A stretch of DNA of 64,000 bases from an uncultured Planctomycetota bacterium (GTDB taxonomy: Bacteria > Planctomycetota > Planctomycetia > Pirellulales > Lacipirellulaceae), in the NCBI GenBank assembly GCA_963719315.1, contig CAVRBU010000002.1, forward strand, positions 1,088,001 through 1,152,000. The letters are read 5' to 3'. The notes beneath the pieces are model-generated. The model was not told the DNA's origin. It did no database searches and was given only the letters and a program-made list of their open reading frames with translations. Numbering within the stretch: position 1 is the first letter of the stretch; the number at the start of each line of letters is the position of its first letter. A program made the position numbers and the translations under genes. This document shows positions 43,370 through 54,058 of this stretch, in pieces.

Positions 43370-43639
43370 ATGTATATGCACCAGGATCGGGAGGACGCGA
43401 TAACACAAATCCTGCTCACGTCAGCCGAGCTCGCTCAGCGCCTTAAGATTAGCACCCGCAAGCTGGCCTACTTACGAGCACTGGGGCAGATGGTACCACC
43501 CACAGCCCGTATCGGTCGCTCGCTGCGGTTCGATCCCGACGAGGCCGAAGCTTGGGTCAAGGCCGGGTGCCCAGCCGTGACCGAATGGAATTCGATTAAG
43601 CGACGGGACATGCCTAATTTTCGCCGGAAAAACTTTTGA
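43370..43639 (+). CDS. AlpA/excisionase-like HTH protein (probable recombination directionality factor)
   Basis: LLTSAELAQRLKISTRKL..LRALGQMVPP.ARIGRSLRFDPDEAEAWVKAGCP; directly upstream of the integrase. Confidence 0.8.
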   Translation: MYMHQDREDAITQILLTSAELAQRLKISTRKLAYLRALGQMVPPTARIGRSLRFDPDEAEAWVKAGCPAVTEWNSIKRRDMPNFRRKNF

Positions 43640-43704
43640 GCCCGTATCCCGGCGATTCTGCTGGAAGTTTGTACCAGATTCGTGGCACCAACCGGTAACT
43701 TCCA

Positions 43705-45090
43705 ATGGCCGAAATCTTCCGACCTACATTCCACACGCCCGTGCCCAATGCCGCCAAAATCTTCGAGCGACGCGGCAAGAAGTATGCGCAATTCAAGCAA
43801 AGTACCGGACGAACGGTCGAGGGCGAAATTCTGCCCGATGGCAAACGCTGCCGGATTGAGACGGCGGAGTTCTATGCCAGAATCCGGCAGCCAGACGGTC
43901 GCGTGCGGCGCGTTCCGCTGGGCGTCACCGACAAATGCGCCGCGTTGCAACTCGCCGCCAAACTCCGACGCGCAGCCGATCACAGCAAAGCGGGGCTGGT
44001 CGATCCGCTGGCTGCGCATCGCCGTCGATCCCTCATTGGATCGATGCAGACGCTGCCCAAGCGCAAACACGAGCGTGACGAACGGGGCCGAATTGTCCGT
44101 CTCGCCAGCGAACTAGCCCGCGGTGATCTGGAGCGGGCCATCGCCGAGAGCCATCTCGCGGACTACCGTGCTCACCTCCAGGGTGCGGGTCGATCGAGTG
44201 GGCACATGTGGGAAGTTGTGCGTGTGATACGGCGGGTGTGTATTGCCTGCCGCTTTAACAACACCGCTGCCCTCGACGCGAACGTCCTTGATAAATACCT
44301 CGCTGGCTTGGTGGCGGCTGGCAAAAGTTATCGCACCCGCAACTCAGCCCTCAAGTCCGTACGAGCCTTTGTCCGCTGGCTGGTAAGGTCGGACCGGCTG
44401 GCGAAGGATCCGTTCCGCACACTTTCGGCCATCAATGAAGCAGCCGATCCACGCCGCCGCCGTCGGCGCGCTTTGGAGCCGACCGAATTCGCCTTGCTCA
44501 TTGCTGCGGCAGAACAAGGGAAGATAGTGGAAGCGGTCAGCGGAACCGAGCGGGCCCTCCTCTACTTGGTGGCTGCATGGACGGGCCTACGCCGCAAGGA
44601 ATTGGCCGCTCTCAAAACGTCCCACGTTTCGCTGAAAGGGAATCCACCGTTCGTCCACATCCCAGCGTCGTCCACGAAGGCCAAGCGGGACGACCAGCCG
44701 ATCCCCTTGCACCCTGTGGTGGCGGAGAGGCTGGGGTGCTGGATTGCGGAACGGAAACATAAGGGCTCCGACCGCGTCTTTCACCTCAAAACCCCCAGCG
44801 GCCAGCTTCGGAAGACGAGCAAGATGATGCAACGCGATTGCACGGCCGCCGGCATCACCTATTCAGGCGATTTAGGGGTGGTCGACTTCCACAGCCACCG
44901 GGTCGCTTTCATCACTCACCTCTGTCGGACGGCCGACTTTTCGACGGTGGTCGACTTGGCCCGGCACAGCGACCCGAAGTTAACCTCCAAAATATATGAC
45001 AAGGTTCGTCTCGAAACCCGGGTGGCTGCCATTAACGGGCTCCCATTGCCGACCGGCATGCCGACAAGACAGCCACCGGCCAACTCCTAA
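43705..45090 (+). CDS. Tyrosine recombinase/integrase
   Basis: Catalytic set intact: WTGLRRKEL (R), TKAKR (K), DFHSHR (HxxR), LARHSD (H), TSKIY (Y); adjacent to the tRNA att site. Confidence 0.95.
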   Translation: MAEIFRPTFHTPVPNAAKIFERRGKKYAQFKQSTGRTVEGEILPDGKRCRIETAEFYARIRQPDGRVRRVPLGVTDKCAALQLAAKLRRAADHSKAGLVDPLAAHRRRSLIGSMQTLPKRKHERDERGRIVRLASELARGDLERAIAESHLADYRAHLQGAGRSSGHMWEVVRVIRRVCIACRFNNTAALDANVLDKYLAGLVAAGKSYRTRNSALKSVRAFVRWLVRSDRLAKDPFRTLSAINEAADPRRRRRRALEPTEFALLIAAAEQGKIVEAVSGTERALLYLVAAWTGLRRKELAALKTSHVSLKGNPPFVHIPASSTKAKRDDQPIPLHPVVAERLGCWIAERKHKGSDRVFHLKTPSGQLRKTSKMMQRDCTAAGITYSGDLGVVDFHSHRVAFITHLCRTADFSTVVDLARHSDPKLTSKIYDKVRLETRVAAINGLPLPTGMPTRQPPANS

Positions 45091-45304
45091 TCTTGCCGGG
45101 GGGATTCAGCATCTCGCTGCGAAGGTGGCTTTCGCTTGTTCTCCACTTGTTCGCTGGCCCGGCTTGCTTGCTCTCAGCTTGTCCAACCAGTTGCGCCGCT
45201 TTGCAACGAGTCGCAGCCGTGTGCACTTTCGGGAATATCGACGGCGCCCGAAGAAGAACGGCCCCGAGGCTGCTTCGGGCCATTCTGGAGGCAGAAAATG
45301 GAAG

Positions 45305-45377
<73 letters not shown>

Positions 45378-45783
45378 GATTGGGCAGCACGGCATTGTAC
45401 CGGATTGTATGGGTTCGCATCTAGCGGCTGAATACACGGTGTTTTTGAAATCCAACGCGTGCTCGTCATAAAAGCTTCGTTCACGACTGTTCGGCTAACG
45501 CCGGAATGGATTTCACTAACCTAGACGATTTCAACGAGTTGCATTGAGCTTTGCGTGTACACGACTGGAGCTTGCAATCAAACTGAAGCTTTGGCTGGGG
45601 CGTCATTTTCTTGCCGTGGCGATTGACGAGGGTATGTGTTCGACGGACCACTCGTGTTCGCGCACTTCATGAGCTAAATGCCGCGACGCGAGCCCAATGC
45701 TGGCGTCGACAGGTATCGCGGAAACCGTCGCCAAGGGTCTCGCCTTCACGCCCTTTCGATGCGACCGGGTAAGCAAATGCGTC

Positions 45784-47092
45784 TTAGCGGCTGACGCTGG
45801 GACGGCGAGCGACGAGCATCGAAAACGTTGTCAGCATGACAAGCGTGATGGTCGAGGGTTCCGGTGTCTGGAAGACATACGCCCCGTTTTGTCGGCCATC
45901 GGATGGAGCACCTACGACGGCGTAAAATCCCTTCAATGCGACCGCATCCCCGAAATCTTCCGAGAACCCCGGATTCGGATTGTCTTGAACGAGCGTATCA
46001 ATCAACTGCCACGTGTAATCAGCGTTTTCGCGATAAATATGGGCCGCCCCGACGCCTGAGTCGCCGATGACGGCCATCGCTCCTTCGATCGCCAGCGAGC
46101 TTCCGAATGAATAGCCGGTGGTAGCATATAAATCGGGCGGCACGATCTGAGCGGTTTGGTTCCAGGTTCCAAGTGCGTCTTTGTTAAATACAAATACGAC
46201 GGCCTGGTAGCCTCCGTTCATGTATGCGGATCCAGTGGCCAGCAAAGTACAAGCTGTCGCGGCAATCGCGTCGCCCAACCCTGCTGCAGGACTTGATGCC
46301 GCGATAGATTGTTTCTTGATCCACTGTCCCTGGTCGTTTTCTTCAAAGGCGTCGATCGCACCATACGTCGACGCGTTCACGTGCACCGTCGGGTCAGATA
46401 TGAACAACGTCTGATTACTGATGAGCGTTGCGAAGGCAAAGTTATCCTTCGGCCTGGCATTGGCGGCCGTAAACTTAGCGATTTGAGTCCAATTGTCGCT
46501 GCCATCGTTTTGGAAAAGATACGAGGCACCGGTTTTTGCACCCGATACTGGCAGGTCTGCCGACCCGGAAGCACCAATCAATACTAAATTGCCGTCGAGC
46601 GATACAGACTCGCCAAATCGGCGCACAGGCAAGGCTGTCGTCGGCAGTTAGCTCTGCTATTTGTTTCCAATTGCCTTGTCCCTTTTCCCGAAACACGTAA
46701 GCCGCTCCCATGTTTGTGTATGGAGCATTCTTTTCCGGAGCACCGATGAGCAAAGTCGATCCTTGCGTCGATATGGACCACCCGAATTCGTAGACCGCGC
46801 TACTCGTCGAGTACAGATGAGCAATTTCGGGCCAATTGCCGTTTCCGTCGTTTCGATAGACGTATACGGAACCGGATGCGTCCTCCGGTCCACCCACGAA
46901 TACGGTTGAATCATTGATTGCGACCGCGTATCCGTATCGCTCCTAACTTGGCGGGACGGTTGGTCGAAGGAGAGCGATTTGATGAAATGGCGCAGCGAAA
47001 ATCCTGCCGATGGAAAGGGCAAGGATAGAAAACATGGTCAGCGGCATCACATACCCTAAGCCGTGCCAAGCTTTAAAGTTTCTTCGGGTCAT
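45784..47092 (-). pseudogene. FG-GAP (integrin-like propeller) repeat protein with PEP-CTERM tail; in-frame TAG at 46943-46945 and frameshift near 46630
   Basis: Repeats FG.S.....LLIGAP...GAAYVF...W.QIA.L; C-terminal TPEPSTITLVMLTTFSMLVARR; signal peptide from ATG 47092. Confidence 0.82.
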
Positions 47093-47222
47093 AAATCTTC
47101 AAGCTCTACAATCGTTCGCCATCGGCACCAGCGTTGCGTACAAAAAAACCAGTTGTATGAACGGTCTTGTACGCTGGATTGCGTATCCGCGTCAATGTTA
47201 ATCCGCAGTGATCGCAGACTTA

Positions 47223-48189
47223 GAACCCCTAACAATACTGTCTACTAGCAGTGCTAGTAATTGATTCGAGTCGTTGTGGAAGATGTAAAACTTGTTTTTG
47301 AAATTGCAGTCGTGACACGGCGTTGATTGTCCCCAGAATTCCTTTGGAGTGAAACCAACTATCTGGAGGACCAACGATGGCTAAAGAATTAGTTCCTGAC
47401 GAATTGTGGGAGATGTTGTCTCCTTTACTCCCTGAACACGAACCGAGCCCCAAAGGAGGCCGACCGCGGATCGATGATCGCAAAGTCTTGACCGGAATCA
47501 TTTTTGTTTTACGAACGGGTATTCCTTGGGAATATCTTCCCCTGGAAATGGGATGTGGATCTGGAATGACCTGCTGGCGACGGTTACAGGAGTGGCACGA
47601 AGCAGGCGTCTGGGAGGCGTTGAAACAAACATTGTTGGAGAATCTGCGCAGCGCCGATCAACTCGATTGGTCGCGAGCGGCAGTCGATAGTGCGACGGTT
47701 CGTGCTGTAGGGGGCGGCGAAAAAACGGGACCGAACCCAACGGATCGGCGAAAACCCGGCAGTAAACATCATGTGGTCACCGATGCGAACGGCGTCCCGC
47801 TCAAATTCATTCTCACCGCCGCCAATCGACACGACGTGACCCAACTGATCCCGTTGATTGACGGAATCGAGCCGGTGGCGGGCAAACCGGGCCGGCCGAA
47901 ACAGCGTCCGGAAGAGGTGTATGCGGATCGGGTGTACGACTCCGAAAAGCACCGACAAGCACTCCGCGATCGCGGCATCAAACCCCACTTGGCTAAACGC
48001 AATACGGAACATGGCAGCGGCCTAGGAATTTATCGTTGGGTTTCCGAACGTACGCTCAGTTGGATGAATAATTTCCGGCGGCTGCGAACGCGATTTGATC
48101 GGAGGGCCGATATCCATAAAGCCTTTGTGACTCTGGCTCAATCTCTCATCTGCTTCAACATACTCACCGAAGGGTTTTGTTAGGGGTTC
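47223..48189 (+). mobile_element. IS5-family insertion sequence, copy 2
   Basis: Perfect 13-bp IRs GAACCCCTAACAA / TTGTTAGGGGTTC; TTA target duplication. Confidence 0.94.
47377..48183 (+). CDS. IS5-family transposase
   Basis: Identical to 22996..23802 except ADRAYD to ADRVYD. Confidence 0.95.
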   Translation: MAKELVPDELWEMLSPLLPEHEPSPKGGRPRIDDRKVLTGIIFVLRTGIPWEYLPLEMGCGSGMTCWRRLQEWHEAGVWEALKQTLLENLRSADQLDWSRAAVDSATVRAVGGGEKTGPNPTDRRKPGSKHHVVTDANGVPLKFILTAANRHDVTQLIPLIDGIEPVAGKPGRPKQRPEEVYADRVYDSEKHRQALRDRGIKPHLAKRNTEHGSGLGIYRWVSERTLSWMNNFRRLRTRFDRRADIHKAFVTLAQSLICFNILTEGFC

Positions 48190-48351
48190 TTAGTCAGCAG
48201 AAAACCCCCCGGAAAATCAGAATTACACCTTCGTCACCGCCAGCAAAAAGCCCGGTTTCAGCGGATCGCCGAACAGGCGGTCGAGTTGTTGTGCGCCGCG
48301 GGCTAGTTGATCGTCCAGATGCCCGTTGTTTCGCAATTCTATGCGGTCACG

Positions 48352-48579
48352 TTAAGAACCCAATCGTTCGCCAAATTCCGTGGGCGGCATTCCGATGTCT
48401 CGCACAACGGTTCGCACCGTGCCGATTTTTAGTGCACGATTGCCGTGGACCGGAACCGTCGTGTGGATTTCATCGCGGGCGAAGAAGTGGTGGCTACCGC
48501 GCACACGCAATTGCTGGAATCCCGGACGCTCAAGAAACCGGCACATCTCCGGTCCAGTGACGCGAGGTCACTTAGCCAC
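48352..48579 (-). pseudogene. hicA: HicA-family toxin with TGA at codon 4
   Basis: GTG 48579: MAK*PRVTGPEMCRFLER.GF...RVRGSHHFF...TTVPVHGN..LKIGT...I. Confidence 0.8.
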
Positions 48580-48805
48580 GGGCTAGTTCCGCAAGGTCGA
48601 GGTCGATCGTCCGCAAAGATGACTGCGCGAGTCGGCTTAACACATCATCCAAGCCAAATGTTTCGACGTAACCGCGAAGCGCCTCTTTGAAATCCTCAAT
48701 GGCCTCGTTTTCGGTCTCGCCTTCGCCGTAGGCTGGGATGTCGGGAAGCCGAGCGGTGAAGCCACCCTGGTCTGTATCGGGGATGATTTCGATGGTAAGC
48801 GACAT
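48572..48805 (-). CDS. hicB: HicB-family antitoxin (short form)
   Basis: DQGGFTARLPDIPAYGEGETENEAIEDFKEALRGYVE; GAGGAG RBS; overlaps the hicA start. Confidence 0.85.
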   Translation of the reverse strand: MSLTIEIIPDTDQGGFTARLPDIPAYGEGETENEAIEDFKEALRGYVETFGLDDVLSRLAQSSLRTIDLDLAELARG

Positions 48806-48865
48806 AGTGAAGTCTCCTCATCGGTCATTGTACCACGGAGTGTTGTCCGCCTCGGCTCGGCGGAC

Positions 48866-50167
48866 CTACCCCTTCGTCACTGCCAGCAGGAAGCTTGGCT
48901 TCAGCGGTTCGAACGACAGCCGGTCGAGTTGGTCGGTGCCGCGGGCGAGGTTGATCATCCAGATGCTGTGAGCGGTCGAGGGTCCAGAGTCGAGGGTCGA
49001 GCGGCCCGAGGCACCCTCACCCCGGCCCTCTCCCGGAGGGAGAGGGAGACGGAGCGCTTCGCGGAGCTCCATCAGGTGATCGACGCTGGTGGTGTTGACG
49101 ACCAGGCGCCCGCGGGCGCGGAGGCGCTGGTACGCGGCCTGGCTGATGCGCGTCACCTCGCGGCCAGCGCCGGCCACAAACACGCAATCGGGATCGGGAA
49201 GCTCGTCGTAAATCTCTGGCGCGCGGCCCAGCACGGCGTTCACGTTCGCCACATTGAACCGTTCGGCGTTCTGGCGAATCAGACCGTGGTCCTCAGCATC
49301 CATTTCAATGGCGTAGACCGCGCCATCCGACGCCATTTGGGCGGCCTCGACGCTCACCGACCCGCTGCCGGCACCGATGTCCCACACGATGCTGCTCGGG
49401 GCGATGTCCATTTGCGCCAGCGCGATCGAGCGCACCTCAGCCGGCGTGAGTAGGCCGAGCTTTGGCTTCGATTGTAGGAACGCTTCGTCGGGGTTGCCGA
49501 ACAGCCGGCGACCGACGGACTCGCGCGGCCGATCGGGGGCATCTGGGTCGCGAATGAGGACCATCACGTTCAGCGGATCGAACGTTTTCTTCCCGATCTC
49601 GGCCAGCGCGCCGCGGGTGACGCGTTCGTCGCGGGCGCCAAGGTTCTCGCACACGTAGGCGGTGAAGTAATCGATGCGGCGCTCGACCAGCGCCTTCGCC
49701 ACCTGGGCCGGCCCGCACTGGTCGGTCGTGAACAGCCCAACCTTTTGGGCGGTGCGGATTTTTTCCAGCACCGAATCGAGCGGATGTTTGGCGAGGTCGG
49801 TGAGGTACGCTTCCTCCCACGTTTCCATCACACGAGCGAACGCTAGCTGCATGCTCGACACATGCGGCACGACGACGAATCGATCCTTGCCGAGCTTCTC
49901 ACACACATAACGCGCGAGCCCGTAAAACATCGGGTCGCCGTAGATCAGCAGCACCACGCGGCGATTGCCCGCTTTTTCAATCGTGGCTACGAGCTGATTG
50001 AGATCGCTCGAAATCACGTGCCGCTCGGCCTTCGACTTCGGCACTAACGCCAGCGTGCGCTCCGTGGCGAGCACCACTTCAGCATCGGTGATGAGTTGGC
50101 GCACATTGTTCGCCAAGGCCTCAAGGCCGTCGTCGCCAATGCCAATGACGTGGATTTTGGGAGGCAA
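48866..50167 (-). CDS. cbiET: Bifunctional precorrin-6Y C5,15-methyltransferase (CbiE-CbiT/CobL); start uncertain
   Basis: IHVIGIGDDG, GDPMFYG, PHVSSMQLAFAR, VCENLGARDER, LTPAEVRSIAL, VWDIGAGSGSVSVEAA, PDCVFVAG. Confidence 0.92.
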   Translation of the reverse strand: MPPKIHVIGIGDDGLEALANNVRQLITDAEVVLATERTLALVPKSKAERHVISSDLNQLVATIEKAGNRRVVLLIYGDPMFYGLARYVCEKLGKDRFVVVPHVSSMQLAFARVMETWEEAYLTDLAKHPLDSVLEKIRTAQKVGLFTTDQCGPAQVAKALVERRIDYFTAYVCENLGARDERVTRGALAEIGKKTFDPLNVMVLIRDPDAPDRPRESVGRRLFGNPDEAFLQSKPKLGLLTPAEVRSIALAQMDIAPSSIVWDIGAGSGSVSVEAAQMASDGAVYAIEMDAEDHGLIRQNAERFNVANVNAVLGRAPEIYDELPDPDCVFVAGAGREVTRISQAAYQRLRARGRLVVNTTSVDHLMELREALRLPLPPGEGRGEGASGRSTLDSGPSTAHSIWMINLARGTDQLDRLSFEPLKPSFLLAVTKG

Positions 50168-50387
50168 GGTCGAGGGTCGAGAGTCGAAAGTAGATGGTCG
50201 ATCCGTGAATAGCAATATAGCAGATGACAAACGATCGTGGTTAGTGGCGCATGTCAAGCAAAAATGCCGCGCCTGAATCGGTCGCGCTTATCAAGAAGCT
50301 TACATAAAATCAACCATCGACCCTAGTCCCTCCACCTCCAACCTAAATCTCACATTGGCGGTCAGCGCGGCTTGAAGCGTGCAACTC

Positions 50388-50461
50388 GTAGGGTGTGTCG
50401 AGACTTCGAGACACACCAACGCCTGGTTTGCGGTGTGGCTCGCGGACTCGACACACCCTAC
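50388..50461. repeat. GTAG-type REP doublet, flanked by TCGACCC-type heptamer tracts
   Basis: GTAGGGTGTGTCGAGACTTCGAGACACACC ... GGTGTGGCTCGCGGACTCGACACACCCTAC. Confidence 0.8.
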
Positions 50462-50497
50462 TCTTCTACCATCGACCCTATTCCCTCGACCCTCAAC

Positions 50498-52573
50498 TCA
50501 CTCCGCCACATAGCACCTCAGCGTATGCGAATCCAGCACCACCGGGTCTTTGCCCAACGCGGGGCCATCCGCTTCCGGATAGATGTCGTCGGGCATTTCG
50601 GCGGCCGTGTCGATGAACAGTCGCCAAGTGTAGCTGGAGGCATCCGGAGGCACAACGAATTGGTACGGCTGCGAGCCGGAATGGAGCATGATCATCACGG
50701 CGCGGGCCGCGGGGTCGGTCACGCCGCTCGTGCCGAACACGCTCGTCAAACTCGACCCGGGAGTGCTCCAGTTGACGGGGCTGCCGTCCGGATTGAACCA
50801 ACTCACATCCGGCATCACGCCCGGTTGCGTCGCTTTGCCGGTCAGGAACGCGCCACGGCGAACGTTCGGCTGCCGGCGGCGAAACGCATTGAGACTTTGC
50901 ACGAACCGAAGCATCTCGGCATGGCGCTCGACCAATCGCCAATCGAACCAACTGATGGCGTTGTCCTGGCAGTACGCATTGTTGTTGCCGCGCTGCGTAC
51001 GCAGAACTTCGTCTCCGCTGAGGATCATCGGCACCCCCTGGCTCAAGAGCAACGAGGCCATGAAGTTCTTGGCCTGTCGTTGTCGCAATTCGACGATGCT
51101 CTTCCGCCGCGTCGGGCCTTCGACGCCGTAGTTGTAGCTGTAGTTGTTGTTGTCGCCGTCGCGGTTGTCTTCGAGATTGTCGAGATTGTGCTTCCGCTCG
51201 TAGCTCACGAGATCGTTCAGCGTGAAGCCGTCGTGCGACGTGATGAAATTGATACTGTGATACGGCCGGCGCCCGCTCGGCTGGTAAAGATCGCTTGACC
51301 CGGAAAGCCGCGTGGCCATCGGGCCGGTCATGCCCCAATCGCCCTTCCAGTAGCGGCGCATGTCGTCGCGGTAATGGCCATTCCACTCCGCCCAACGCTG
51401 GTTTGCGAACGAGCCGACCTGGTACGCGCCGGCGGCGTCCCACGCCTCGGCGATGATCTTCGTGTCGGCCAACATCGGATCCTCGGCGATCAACTCGACC
51501 ATCGGCGGGTTCGGCACGAGCTCGCCCTCCCTGTTGCGGCTCAGGATAGACGCCAGGTCGAACCGGAAGCCATCGATGTGATAGTTGTGCACCCAGTGGC
51601 GAAGGCAGTGGAAGATCATCTCGCGGACAATCGGGTGGTTGCCGTTCACCGTGTTGCCACAGCCGCTGAAATTCTTGTACGTGCCATCGTTGTTCAGCAT
51701 GTAATAGACGCGGTTTTCGAGGCCCTTGAAGCCGAATGTGGGCCCCGTTTCGTTGCCTTCGGCCGTATGGTTGAAGACGACGTTGAGAATCACCTCGATG
51801 CCGGCGGCGTGCAGTTCGCGGACCATCTCCTTGAACTGCCGCACCTGGTCGCCGGGTTTGTGGCCCGTCATGTACCCGCGGTGAGGCGAGAAGAAGGCCA
51901 TCGGATCGTAACCCCAGTAGTACGTGCGGACGGGCTTCGTGCCATCCGGCTCTTCGATCGGGAACTCGTTCACCGGCATCAGCTCGATCGCCGTAACTCC
52001 GAGCGATTTCAGGTACGGAATTTTCTCGACAATGCCCGCATACGTGCCGGGCTCCGTTACGCCGCTGGAAGGGCTGCGCGTAAAACCGCGGACGTGCATT
52101 TCGTAAATGATCGTTTCGGAAAGTGGGCGGCGGAGATGGCGGTCCCCCTTCCAATCGAACGCATCGTCCACGACGACGCACTTCGGCGGGCGGATGACGC
52201 CGTTCTCGCCGGTCAGGAAGCGGCCAGCCAGCGCGCGGGCGTATGGATCGAGCAGCCGAGCTTGCGGGTTAAAGCGTTGGCCGAGACTGGGATCGAACGG
52301 GCCGTCGCATTGAAAGTGGTAAAGCTGACCGGCTTTGAGGCCTGGGACGAACACGCTCCAGATATCGCCCCAGCGATCGTTCTGCGGATTGAATTCAATC
52401 AGCCGCACGGGGTCGCGATCAGTGATGCGCGTGTAGAGCAATATCCGCATCGCGGTGGCGCTCTTGCTATAAACGACAAATTGCACGCCGCCATCTCGCA
52501 GCACCGCGCCATACGGCAGCGGGTAGTTGAACTGCATCGGCGGCGGCGTTGGTTTGCGGGTGGCTTTCGGCAT
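50498..52573 (-). CDS. glgX: Glycogen debranching enzyme (GH13 isoamylase-type)
   Basis: LLDPYARA, IIYEMHVRGFT, YWGYDP, VVFNHTAEG, DGFRFDLAS, IAEAWD, NFITSHDGFTLNDL, RTQRGNNNAYCQDN. Confidence 0.96.
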   Translation of the reverse strand: MPKATRKPTPPPMQFNYPLPYGAVLRDGGVQFVVYSKSATAMRILLYTRITDRDPVRLIEFNPQNDRWGDIWSVFVPGLKAGQLYHFQCDGPFDPSLGQRFNPQARLLDPYARALAGRFLTGENGVIRPPKCVVVDDAFDWKGDRHLRRPLSETIIYEMHVRGFTRSPSSGVTEPGTYAGIVEKIPYLKSLGVTAIELMPVNEFPIEEPDGTKPVRTYYWGYDPMAFFSPHRGYMTGHKPGDQVRQFKEMVRELHAAGIEVILNVVFNHTAEGNETGPTFGFKGLENRVYYMLNNDGTYKNFSGCGNTVNGNHPIVREMIFHCLRHWVHNYHIDGFRFDLASILSRNREGELVPNPPMVELIAEDPMLADTKIIAEAWDAAGAYQVGSFANQRWAEWNGHYRDDMRRYWKGDWGMTGPMATRLSGSSDLYQPSGRRPYHSINFITSHDGFTLNDLVSYERKHNLDNLEDNRDGDNNNYSYNYGVEGPTRRKSIVELRQRQAKNFMASLLLSQGVPMILSGDEVLRTQRGNNNAYCQDNAISWFDWRLVERHAEMLRFVQSLNAFRRRQPNVRRGAFLTGKATQPGVMPDVSWFNPDGSPVNWSTPGSSLTSVFGTSGVTDPAARAVMIMLHSGSQPYQFVVPPDASSYTWRLFIDTAAEMPDDIYPEADGPALGKDPVVLDSHTLRCYVAE

Positions 52574-53171
52574 GACCACAAAGGCGTGACGGGCAAAAAA
52601 ATTCGTAGCGGTAGTAAACATAGTGCTCCAACAATCGGGTCGAAAAGAACGGGACGTTTGTGACTGGCGCGATGGAAAAGGTAATCGGTGGTGCCGATTA
52701 CACGGGCAACTCCTGGCGTCAAACGTCCCAGTCTGCAACAACCTTGGTCGTGGCAAGCCGTTAAGCCTGCCCCACCACGGGCCACGAGCGGCGGATATCG
52801 CGCTCACAAGTGTCCTTAACTTCGACACGCTTCGAGAGCACACTTCAATGCGGAGTTATCCTACCGCAGAGCTTCGCCCTAAAGAATCCTCGTTTTGGCG
52901 GGCATGTTCGTTTCGATACATAGAACCGCAACGATGGGCATGCCCGGTGATTGCAGATTGCGGATGAAAATCGTCGTCGGGAAAGGAAGCTGAAAGGTAG
53001 CTATTGGACGGCGGCGAGCACCTTCAAGCGAGCGGGCGGCAAGCTTGAATACGGTGGCAAACTTTGGGCTGTCGGGGAGGAAGCACGTTGGTCAGCCGGA
53101 ACCTGTTTCTTCTCAAGTTCATGCAATGGTGTTTATAACCACCCGCGATCAGGAATGCCAAAGACGAGAAC

Positions 53172-53570
53172 TTAAATGAAGGCGGCAGGTAAAACGTTGA
53201 ATCGTCGTGCGAGCGCTCGCACTTGTTCGATGCTCAATTCCTCTTTTCCTGCGAGATACCGTTCGATGACTTCGAGCGGGCCTACCTCAGGCAGGTCCAA
53301 GGCAGATAAGCCGTGCTCCTCCATCAGGAATTGAAGCAATCCGTGGCCGCTAGATTTTGGAATGTCGTGGTGTTCAGCCTCGTAGATGTGGACGAGTGTA
53401 CCCAGTGTATCTAGCAGGCTGTAGAGCGGGTGCGCTTCGTTGGTGCCGATTTCATCAAGTAGCGCATTTAGCCTAGAGACAGCTGCATTGTACTCTTCTT
53501 CGCTACGCAATAAAAAGAGCGGCGCTATGGGTGGCCAATGTGTTTGTAGATCCGCGATTTGCGCGTTCAT
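53172..53570 (-). CDS. higA: HigA-type antitoxin (HTH)
   Basis: [14 protein letters not shown]...[36 protein letters not shown]...[10 protein letters not shown]. Confidence 0.85.
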   Translation of the reverse strand: MNAQIADLQTHWPPIAPLFLLRSEEEYNAAVSRLNALLDEIGTNEAHPLYSLLDTLGTLVHIYEAEHHDIPKSSGHGLLQFLMEEHGLSALDLPEVGPLEVIERYLAGKEELSIEQVRALARRFNVLPAAFI

Positions 53571-53853
53571 TGCTGCCAGTCTCCCCGATCATACTCCGAA
53601 TGAGTCAAAACATGACGGACATACACTTTGCGGCGGTTGTAATGGATGGATGCGATCAGGCGATATTTGTTTCCGCCGATGTTGAAGACGGTCAACTCAC
53701 CAACAATGTCTGCGGACGGAAAGTTTCTCGCAATTCGGCGAAGGCGCTAAAATCCGACGTGCTCACAATTGTGTGCCAACGGCGAAGCGGCTGCTCGCTG
53801 TCGGGGCACCCCTCCCAGAATGTTCGCAGCGCATTGCGGGAAATAACGTGCAT
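53567..53853 (-). CDS. higB: HigB-family toxin; 1-nt frameshift near 53718
   Basis: [13 protein letters not shown]...LRRWH...FAELRETF then (next frame) [51 protein letters not shown] overlap with higA. Confidence 0.88.
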
Positions 53854-54058
53854 TTCCTTGTCAATTATAGGTTTGGGTCGTGATGATTTGCAACGCAAGC
53901 CGGGGAATGCGTCGCCGCGTACGTCCGCAGCGTCAGTTACGCAAGCAATTCGAGACCGCAGGGCTGAGCGACCTCGGCTTCTTTCGGTATATTCAGTCGT
54001 AACGTCGCGTATTGACTCGCAAGGTTCTTCACCCTTGCCCCCAGCCCCAAGCCCCGCA

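Noticed and set aside
50200..50390. Cobalamin riboswitch upstream of cbiET
   Set aside because: No B12-box-like motif seen; the region consists of heptamer and REP repeats
53531..54058. N-terminal extension of purM in the ORF track
   Set aside because: Antisense to higB; PurM similarity begins at ATG 54059
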